A DNA stretch of 64,000 bases from Dehalococcoidia bacterium (GTDB lineage: Bacteria > Chloroflexota > Dehalococcoidia > Plut-88900). Positions 57,231-64,000 of this stretch are shown here, piece by piece (position 1 is the first letter of the stretch; every line of letters begins with the position of its first letter). The notes under the pieces are model-generated. The model was not told the origin of the DNA. It did no database searches and saw nothing but the letters and a program-made list of their open reading frames with translations. The stretch lies in NCBI GenBank assembly GCA_965197645.1, contig OZ240219.1, positions 2,112,001 through 2,176,000 of the forward strand. The letters are read 5' to 3'. Made by a program: the position numbers and the translations under genes.

Positions 57231-57947
57231 TTACGCCGCCACCAGTCTCTGGTACATACTCTCCAGCTCCGACCGGCCGATCGAGTCCCTGCGCAGGTCC
57301 ATGACAGTCTTCCCACCCTTCAGACCGATGATCCGCTGGGCCATGTTCAACCCATGTTCGAAGTTGTGGGTCGACATGACCACCGTGCGGCCGTTCCGCA
57401 GGACGACCTGCAGCAGACCTTCCACGGCCTCCGGGTCCAGCCCCGAGTCGGGCTCGTCGAGCAGTAGTAGCGATGGACTGTGGAGCAGGGACCTGAGCAG
57501 CGAGACCCTCTTACGCTGGCCGTGAGAGAGGGCAGCCACGCGGGTGTCCATCAAATCGGTGATGCCTAGCTCCCCGGCCAGCTCCCCGATTCGCTCCTCC
57601 CAGTTCGATACCTGAAACATCTTGGCGTAGAAATGAAGGTTTTCGCGAGCGGTCAGCCGGTTGTATAGAAGCGATTCGTGCAGCAACACTCCCACCCGTC
57701 TCCTGACGCTGGCCCCGCCGGAGGATACGTCGGTGCCCAACAGCTTGAGGGAGCCGTCCGTGGGCTTTATCAGGGTCGAGAGGAGCTTGATCAGAGTCGT
57801 CTTTCCAGAACCGTTGGGCCCGATGAGGACCACCTTTTCGCCGGGTGCGATCCGCAGGTCCACCCCCGATACGGCCTTGACCTTACCGTATTTCCGGGTA
57901 AGGTTTCGGGTCTCTACTACGGGCGGCTCTTGCGATGACATAACCAT
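57231..57947 (-). CDS. ccmA: Heme ABC exporter ATPase CcmA
   Basis: GPNGSGKT, LSHGQ and LLLDEP motifs; upstream of ccmB. Confidence 0.88.
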   Translation of the reverse strand: MVMSSQEPPVVETRNLTRKYGKVKAVSGVDLRIAPGEKVVLIGPNGSGKTTLIKLLSTLIKPTDGSLKLLGTDVSSGGASVRRRVGVLLHESLLYNRLTARENLHFYAKMFQVSNWEERIGELAGELGITDLMDTRVAALSHGQRKRVSLLRSLLHSPSLLLLDEPDSGLDPEAVEGLLQVVLRNGRTVVMSTHNFEHGLNMAQRIIGLKGGKTVMDLRRDSIGRSELESMYQRLVAA

Positions 57948-57963
57948 TGCTGCCTGAGACCTA

Positions 57964-57992
57964 ATCTTATTCTAATTGGAATATCCATTCAA
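57964..57992 (-). promoter_or_regulatory. Internal promoter for ccmABCDE
   Basis: TTGAAT-17 nt-TAAGAT in an AT-rich gap. Confidence 0.5.
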
Positions 57993-58024
57993 GAAAAATT
58001 GCACAAACCAGCCGGCGAGGGTAG

Positions 58025-58546
58025 TTAACGGCCGATGTCCTTCTGGAAGGACACGTTCAACAGGTTGCTCAACAATATGACCGCCAGTCCTCCATACACG
58101 ATCATGCTGGGCGATATCAGCGGCCGGGTCAATCGATGCAGCAATGACCGGTCCGCCGCTCCGTCCTGCGGCTGATTGGTCGCGCTTTCCAGCACCCTTT
58201 TCCGGTAGGTGGCGGTCCCGATGCCGAACAGCCAGAAGGCCATCGCTATCTTCACTGCCAGGGTGACGATGTAGGTCACCGACGTCGAAGGCTCGGTGAG
58301 GTTGTCGAAGGTGAGGATCACCCCGGACACCAGAAGGGCCACCATGCTCAGGTGCACCCACTCCCGAAAGTGGAGCGCGATCAGCCTGTTGATGCCTCTA
58401 TCGTTCAGCGCCTCCTTCTTGCCGGCGTCCCTGAGGGCGGGTCTCAGCACCAGCAGGTAGAAAACGCTTCCCCCTATCCACAGCACCGCCGCGGATACGT
58501 GGATCCACAGAACGGCGACCCTCAGGATATCGAATACGTCCCACAA
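58025..58546 (-). CDS. Four-TM CopD-like membrane protein
   Basis: WIHVSAAVLWIGG, SG and K in the third TM helix. Confidence 0.65.
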   Translation of the reverse strand: MWDVFDILRVAVLWIHVSAAVLWIGGSVFYLLVLRPALRDAGKKEALNDRGINRLIALHFREWVHLSMVALLVSGVILTFDNLTEPSTSVTYIVTLAVKIAMAFWLFGIGTATYRKRVLESATNQPQDGAADRSLLHRLTRPLISPSMIVYGGLAVILLSNLLNVSFQKDIGR

Positions 58547-58572
58547 GCCGGTATCCTAACTTCCCACGCCGT

Positions 58573-59790
58573 TCATACCCCACGGGCCTCCTTGAGGGCG
58601 GTCCTCAGCAGAGATCGCTTCAGTTCGTCGCGCAGGCTACTGTAGTCGGGTTCGGAGATCTCGCCTTTTTGGAAGCGCAGGTCCAGCGATGCGATCGCTT
58701 CAAGCGACCTTCTTTGATTGGGCTGCCGCCACAGGTTTCTCGCCACGTCCTCGGGCGTCATCGATTCCGGTACCCGCCGTCTCAGCCTCCAGGCGTAGAC
58801 CAGCAGTGCCAGGAGAAACACCCCCGTTACAGCGGGAATGATCAGAGAGAGCACCCATCGAGCCGCGATGGCGTCCCACACCCTGTCCAGCCATGGCGCC
58901 TGGGGCAGATCTGTAAAAGCCACGGTCACCCGCTCGCCGCGCTGGATATCGATGGACCGGAACGTTCGGAAGGTGCTCTCTCCGACGGCCACCGGAGCGT
59001 CTTCCTCCAGGTCCGAACCCACCACCGTCCCCATGTCACCTCTCATCAGGACCCGCAACGCCTCGGCGCCGAAGGGGAACAGGGGCTCGTAGACCAGGCT
59101 GTCCTCTTCGTAGGGCACGGTGTATAGGATCACCAGGGCGTGAATGCCCGGAGGGACGGGCGCCGTAATCCCCACCCCCAGATCGATGGGTATCACCTGT
59201 CCGCCCAGAAGACTGCTTTGCACCACCAGGTCTTCGTATCCGAAGGGAAGTGAGAAGCGGAGGAAGGACATAGCGGACATCCCGTTCTGTCCAAAGGATG
59301 GGATGAAGGTGTGACTGCTGGAGTTTCTTACCCGGATCACCTGCCTGACCAGCAGCTCGCCGTACTCTTCATCGCTCCGGGAGACCATTACGGTGTCATC
59401 AATCACCGAAAGGACGTCGGGGTCGCCGGCGGTCTCGTACACCAGTAGCTCGACGGTTGCCGTCTCGTCCGGCGGTACTTGGATCTGATAGAAGACCTCC
59501 TGGTACTGGGTGGTAAGCAGGTAGCTGAGATTATCGCCCCGGGGCAGATCGGAAAAGCTGAAGACGCCGCCTTCTTCCGTTGCAGTCGTCAGCTCCTGGA
59601 CAGCGGTATCTCCGCTGAAAATCGTAAGCAGCACGCGCAGGTCGGCAGGTGCCGCTTCGCCGGTAGTGCCGTTGACTATCCGTCCATCCAGTTCAATAGG
59701 AGATTGGGCCGCTGCCGGATCGGGCGATAGGAGGGCGGGTAGGCCGGCCACCAGTAGAAAGAGCAGCACAAGCGGCAACAGTATACGCAT
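58573..59790 (-). CDS. Exported Ig/carboxypeptidase-regulatory-like domain protein with C-terminal anchor
   Basis: Signal peptide ending AAA-Q, G.IVNGT beta-rich domain, TM helix, LD..F.KGEI...DY..LR tail. Confidence 0.7.
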   Translation of the reverse strand: MRILLPLVLLFLLVAGLPALLSPDPAAAQSPIELDGRIVNGTTGEAAPADLRVLLTIFSGDTAVQELTTATEEGGVFSFSDLPRGDNLSYLLTTQYQEVFYQIQVPPDETATVELLVYETAGDPDVLSVIDDTVMVSRSDEEYGELLVRQVIRVRNSSSHTFIPSFGQNGMSAMSFLRFSLPFGYEDLVVQSSLLGGQVIPIDLGVGITAPVPPGIHALVILYTVPYEEDSLVYEPLFPFGAEALRVLMRGDMGTVVGSDLEEDAPVAVGESTFRTFRSIDIQRGERVTVAFTDLPQAPWLDRVWDAIAARWVLSLIIPAVTGVFLLALLVYAWRLRRRVPESMTPEDVARNLWRQPNQRRSLEAIASLDLRFQKGEISEPDYSSLRDELKRSLLRTALKEARGV

Positions 59791-60254
59791 CAGTGCTCGG
59801 CCCCCTGTGTCGCCGCTTGAGAGGGCTGGGCCAATGACGCGCCACACACCGAGCAATCGCTCTGGGACGATGGCGCCGCGTTCCCGCACTCCGGACAGGT
59901 GACGGTCTCGCCGCTCGTTTCCAGCGAGCTGACCAGGTCCGATACCTGCCGCTCCAAAGCTTGGTCCAGGGCTTTCAGCCTGTGCTCCCAGCGTCTCTGC
60001 ACCAGCATCTTTTCGGCTGCGCGCCGCCGCAGGTTCTGAGAGACTGCCTCGTACTCTCCCTGGGATACGTTCCCCATCTGCAGACCCTCCTTAAGGGTCA
60101 GCAACTCTCTGTAGATCCCCTGGCGTTGTTGGGTCAACCCTTCGATCATATCGATGGGACTCACCACCTGCTTGGTGTGGCGGGAGCGCAAGATAGGGAT
60201 GGATAGAACAGCTGCACAGAGGAAGGCGAGCAGAATCCCGATGGCGATAACCAT
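59790..60254 (-). CDS. CcmI-like N-terminal TM protein with zinc ribbon
   Basis: TM helix, G.VS..EY helix, CPECG...CSVCG. Confidence 0.68.
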   Translation of the reverse strand: MVIAIGILLAFLCAAVLSIPILRSRHTKQVVSPIDMIEGLTQQRQGIYRELLTLKEGLQMGNVSQGEYEAVSQNLRRRAAEKMLVQRRWEHRLKALDQALERQVSDLVSSLETSGETVTCPECGNAAPSSQSDCSVCGASLAQPSQAATQGAEH

Positions 60255-60268
60255 GCCAATGGCTTCAG

Positions 60269-62275
60269 CTAGTCCGTTGCCGGGAAGGGGCCGGCACCGA
60301 ATGCCGGGACCGGGGACTCCCTGATCGTCACGGTCTGTCTTCGAACCGGCCATAGAGCTACGATAGTACCCAGAATCATCACAGGCCCTGCTATCCACAT
60401 CCACATCACCAGGGGAGTTACCATGATCCTGAACCCGGCCGATCCGTCCTCGAAGAACCGGTTGGGGATAATGTACAGGTCTTCTACAGGCGTGGAGTGA
60501 ATCCCTGCTCGGGCTGGCGCGATGCTGAATCTCGGGTAGAAGGACTGCACCGGCTCCAGGGTCGCTATCCTGTCGCCGTCTCTGTAGACGTTCAACGTAG
60601 CCGCCGACTCGGTGTGATCAGATAGCTGGGCGTGCCGGGCATCGACGTACTCGATCTCGTATCCCTCCACCGTTACCCGCTCCCCGAGCGAAAGGATCAC
60701 GTCTCGCTGGGTCCCATAGAAGTACGTCCCGACTACGGCCAGGGCTATCAGCACCACCGATAGATGTACTACGTATCCCCCATACCTTGGGGGGTTGGCC
60801 GCGATCAACCTGCCGAAGGCCAGCGGATAGGACTCTCCCTTCCGATGCCGGGCCCTGGTGCCCCGCAGCCACTCCCGACCCGCACCCACGGCGACTATGG
60901 TCGCCAGACCGAAGGCCAACAGCGGGAACGGACTGGTTACACCTAGAATCAGCAGCAGCACCGCCACGCCGGCCGCGAGGGCAAGAGGAAGAAGGATAGA
61001 CCTCCTGAGCTGACTGATAGAGGCGTGGCGCCACGGCAGCAGGGGCCCGATTCCCATCATGAAGACCAGGGCCAGGAATATCGGGCCGTTCACCTGGTTA
61101 TAGAAGGGCTCGCCCACGGTGATAGTTACGTCCGTGACCAGCTCTGAGAGGATCGGAAATATCTGGCCCCATATGATGACGAAGGCCATCCCCAGGAAAA
61201 GCACATTGTTCACCAGGAAGGCGGCCTCTCTCGACAGCTTCGATTCCAGGCTCTGGGCGTTCCGCAGGCGGCCCATGCGATGGAACAACACCCCGAAGGC
61301 GAATAGCACCGATACGGCCATGAATCCGAGAAACACCCACCCGAGTATCGATTGAGCGAAGGAGTGAACCGAAGGTGTCGGTCCCCCTCGATTTATGAAC
61401 ATGCCCAGCAGGGCGCAGGTGAAGGCCAGATTGATCAACACTATGTTCCATACCCGAAACATCCCCCTCCTCTTCTGCACCATTACCGAGTGGATGAACG
61501 CCGTCATCACCAGCCAGGGCATGAAACCGGCGTTCTCCACTGGGTCCCAGGCCCAGAATCCGCCCCAACCCAGGATGGTGTAGGCCCACCAGCCTCCCAG
61601 CAGCAGCCCGGTGCCCAGTATCCCCCACGCCACCAGGGACCAGGAGCGGGCCGTATCGACCCAGTCGTCACCTGTTCGTCCCGCCATCAGGTGGCCCATG
61701 GCAAAGGCGAAGGGCACGGTTACGGTGATCAGCCCGGTCATCAGGAGCGGTGGGTGAACGAACATGCCAGGGTGCGTCAGCAACGGATTGATCCCACGGC
61801 CATCCACCGGCGTCACGGAGGTGGTCTCGAAGGGATTGGCCAGGAAGCACAGCACGAACAGGAAGAAGCCCAGCACGGTCATAAGCACGGCGTTGGTGTA
61901 GGCAAGGCTGGTCCTCGAGAGCTTTGGCGCCAGGGCAACGGATACCGCGGCCGCAATGGAGAGCACGGCGGCGAGGAACAGTATCGACCCATCGTTGCCG
62001 GCGTAGAAAGCCACCCACGCGTAGGCCTTCGCCATGGCCAGGCTGCTGTTCTCGGCGACGTAGCGTACCTGGAAATCCCTGGAGACGAATGCGCTCACCA
62101 GGCTCATGACGGATATCAGCAGGATGAGGGGGGTCAAATAGTTGGCGTACCTTGCGCTGGTCATCAGCTCCGGCATACCCTTGCGAACGCCTATGAACGA
62201 GGCCCCCACCGAGTAAACGGCCAGGACCAGCCCGATCAGCAGAGACAGTGTGCCCAACTCAGACACCGGCCTCAC
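60269..62275 (-). CDS. ccmF: Heme lyase CcmF
   Basis: HPP, WGGFWAWDPVEN, FIHS, SVHSF and YVVH motifs. Confidence 0.96.
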   Translation of the reverse strand: MRPVSELGTLSLLIGLVLAVYSVGASFIGVRKGMPELMTSARYANYLTPLILLISVMSLVSAFVSRDFQVRYVAENSSLAMAKAYAWVAFYAGNDGSILFLAAVLSIAAAVSVALAPKLSRTSLAYTNAVLMTVLGFFLFVLCFLANPFETTSVTPVDGRGINPLLTHPGMFVHPPLLMTGLITVTVPFAFAMGHLMAGRTGDDWVDTARSWSLVAWGILGTGLLLGGWWAYTILGWGGFWAWDPVENAGFMPWLVMTAFIHSVMVQKRRGMFRVWNIVLINLAFTCALLGMFINRGGPTPSVHSFAQSILGWVFLGFMAVSVLFAFGVLFHRMGRLRNAQSLESKLSREAAFLVNNVLFLGMAFVIIWGQIFPILSELVTDVTITVGEPFYNQVNGPIFLALVFMMGIGPLLPWRHASISQLRRSILLPLALAAGVAVLLLILGVTSPFPLLAFGLATIVAVGAGREWLRGTRARHRKGESYPLAFGRLIAANPPRYGGYVVHLSVVLIALAVVGTYFYGTQRDVILSLGERVTVEGYEIEYVDARHAQLSDHTESAATLNVYRDGDRIATLEPVQSFYPRFSIAPARAGIHSTPVEDLYIIPNRFFEDGSAGFRIMVTPLVMWMWIAGPVMILGTIVALWPVRRQTVTIRESPVPAFGAGPFPATD

Positions 62276-62837
62276 CCTTCATGCCGGCCTTCCCGTCCTT
62301 TCCGGCAATGGACGCCTCGAAAGCCTGGAACTCGGCGTCTATCTCATCCAGGTAAGGGTCTATCTCCTCGGTGGGAACGCCCGCTGCTTCCGGTTTCCCG
62401 CGTTTCGGCGCCAGGTGACTGGTGGCGGCCCAGAACAGCACGGCGCCTCCGACGAGGGCAACGGGGGGGACCACCCATACCAGCAGGTTGAACCCCTCGG
62501 CCGGCGGCTCGGCTAGGACGCTTCTCCCGTACTTATCGACGAAATAGTCAAGGATCTGCTGTTCGGTTTCGCCGGCATCGAGTTTCGACCGGACAAGGCG
62601 CCTCATCTGGAGGGCTATCTCGGCCTGTGACTGATCGATGGTCTCCGCCGGGCAGACGGGACACATAAGCTGGCTGTCCAGGCTCTGGGACCGTTCCTCG
62701 AGGGTTGGCGAGTCGGCAGCGCAGCCCAGTACGATGAGCAGGACGCAAATGGGAATCAGGACTATCGCTGCTTTGGAAGCTCGCCGTGAACCGCTGGGCC
62801 CTTCCACCGCTCCCCTTCTTCCCGGGTAAGGGGCCAT
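62259..62837 (-). CDS. ccmH: Cytochrome c biogenesis protein CcmH
   Basis: LMCPVC, YG..VL.EPP and a TM helix. Confidence 0.92.
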   Translation of the reverse strand: MAPYPGRRGAVEGPSGSRRASKAAIVLIPICVLLIVLGCAADSPTLEERSQSLDSQLMCPVCPAETIDQSQAEIALQMRRLVRSKLDAGETEQQILDYFVDKYGRSVLAEPPAEGFNLLVWVVPPVALVGGAVLFWAATSHLAPKRGKPEAAGVPTEEIDPYLDEIDAEFQAFEASIAGKDGKAGMKGEAGV

Positions 62838-62842
62838 GTAAG

Positions 62843-63451
62843 CTACTGGTTGGCCTGGTCTGACAGATAGCGCAGATAGTGGATAACCGTCCAGCGCTCC
62901 TCTTGGGTCAAGAGATTACGCCAAGCCGGCATGTTGCCGAGGCCGTCGGAGATGAACCAGAATGCCAGGCTATCGGTTGGGGAGAGGGCTATGGAGCCTG
63001 CCTCGGCGAAGTTGGCGGGAGTCTTCACCTCCAACGAGGCGAAGGTGTCCGAGACGTAGCTCTGTCCGCTGCCATCGAGGCCGTGACACATGGCGCAGTT
63101 GTTCACGAAGATCTTCTTACCGGCCTCCAGGGTCTCGGCATTGTTGGGGACCGGGTTGGAGAGAACCAGCGCCTCGGTCTGGGTTGCCGGTTCGCGGGGG
63201 CTCAGCGGAAGGGAGACATCCGTCAGCTCCTGTCCCTTCTCGGCGCCTATGGTGAAGGGGGCGGATCCCTCGGCGGGGCCCAGCCTCGGCGGTTCCTGGG
63301 ACTTGTAGGACTGGTGGTAGTGCATCTCGGTGAACACGTCCACCGGATACGCTCCCGTGGAGCACGCCATCGCCACGAGGGCAATGGCCGAGACGGCCAG
63401 AAGCAACAGGGCCCGCCTTTTCAAGACTCTATTTCTAATGATGGCAGACAT
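62843..63451 (-). CDS. Monoheme cytochrome c lipoprotein (alternative complex III ActE-like)
   Basis: Lipobox AMAC, MHY..SYK.QE, CAMCHG, MP, ERWTVIHY; follows the actD-like gene. Confidence 0.85.
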   Translation of the reverse strand: MSAIIRNRVLKRRALLLLAVSAIALVAMACSTGAYPVDVFTEMHYHQSYKSQEPPRLGPAEGSAPFTIGAEKGQELTDVSLPLSPREPATQTEALVLSNPVPNNAETLEAGKKIFVNNCAMCHGLDGSGQSYVSDTFASLEVKTPANFAEAGSIALSPTDSLAFWFISDGLGNMPAWRNLLTQEERWTVIHYLRYLSDQANQ

Positions 63452-63457
63452 CTATGC

Positions 63458-63985
63458 TCAGTCCGGTTCCCCCTCCTTGATCTCTTCGGCCCCCGCCTGC
63501 CGCAACGCCTCTTCGGCTGCTCCGGCTTTATCCTCGGTGGTAGTTACAACTATCCCTATGTAGCCTTCCGTTATCCGTTCGTCATACAGGCCCACACCTG
63601 CCCTGGGCAGCCTGGATTCGAAAATAATCCCCAGCACCGTGAAGATTATCGCCCCCAGCATGGTGCCTTCGTAGGTGATGATGGCCATGGGGGGAATGGC
63701 TAAGACGGGCTTTCCGCCGGTTACCAGCGGATAGGAGACCTGGGTGGCTGTGGTTAGCAGAATGGCGACGGTAAAGCCGATGACGGCCCCTATGAAGGGG
63801 AAGACGTAAAGTCGGTGCTTGGATGGCTTCTCTCCAAAGGCCCCTTCGGGATAGGGTGTCCCCGAGAGTATCTCGAACTCTTTGTCATCGAAATCGCGAT
63901 CCTGTAGCCCCTCGACGGCGTTGGCAGCGTCGTCCGCCGTGGCGAAGAGGCCCAGTAGAATGCGTTTCGGTATAAAGGTGGTCAT
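63458..63985 (-). CDS. DUF3341 alternative complex III subunit ActD-like
   Basis: TPYP, YPLVTGGKP and PP..IITYE motifs; two TM helices. Confidence 0.85.
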   Translation of the reverse strand: MTTFIPKRILLGLFATADDAANAVEGLQDRDFDDKEFEILSGTPYPEGAFGEKPSKHRLYVFPFIGAVIGFTVAILLTTATQVSYPLVTGGKPVLAIPPMAIITYEGTMLGAIIFTVLGIIFESRLPRAGVGLYDERITEGYIGIVVTTTEDKAGAAEEALRQAGAEEIKEGEPD

Positions 63986-64000
63986 GGGTCTAACCTCATT

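Noticed and set aside
57990-58007. Third Rex-like box upstream of ccmA
   Set aside because: Only one half-site (TTGTGCA) fits; too weak to call.
651-62491. Numerous long antisense or shifted ORFs (e.g. 651..1751, 10472..11596, 39893..40975, 53534..54793, 61352..62491)
   Set aside because: They are shadows of well-supported genes, expected at high GC, with no recognisable motifs.

Overview
GC-rich bacterial chromosomal window, most consistent with a Chloroflexota/Dehalococcoidia (SAR202-like) genome. This placement is an inference from gene content: three luciferase-like monooxygenases, the Chlor_Arch_YYY/TIGR03663 membrane pair, alternative complex III genes and a standalone NuoEFG-like module. 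The left third (1-21.6 kb) is a catabolic region: LLM monooxygenases, a single-chain acyl-CoA carboxylase, SDR, DinB, D-aminoacylase, an AT-richer NYN nuclease gene, and an aromatic-degradation cluster with two tandem Rieske dioxygenase alpha subunits and one beta subunit. The middle holds housekeeping genes (ogg-like glycosylase, CCA-type nucleotidyltransferase, rnc, ftsY, mutS, mutL), a glycosylation-type membrane cluster and nuoE/F/G-like genes. The right end is a System I cytochrome c maturation cluster downstream of actD/actE. Best hidden signals: (1) a DsbA-fold selenoprotein truncated by the ORF track, with an in-frame TGA at the catalytic Cys position and a SECIS-like hairpin just downstream; (2) a CcmE with ExxxY instead of H/CxxxY; (3) duplicated Rieske alphas with separate promoter-like sequences and a divergent substrate region; (4) a modular intergenic repeat family showing all four combinations of two optional inserts; (5) a fold-III PLP protein lacking its Schiff-base lysine; (6) an FDH/NuoG-like subunit lacking the Mo/W ligand; (7) a shared Rex-like operator. 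No rRNA, tRNA, CRISPR array or transposase was recognised.
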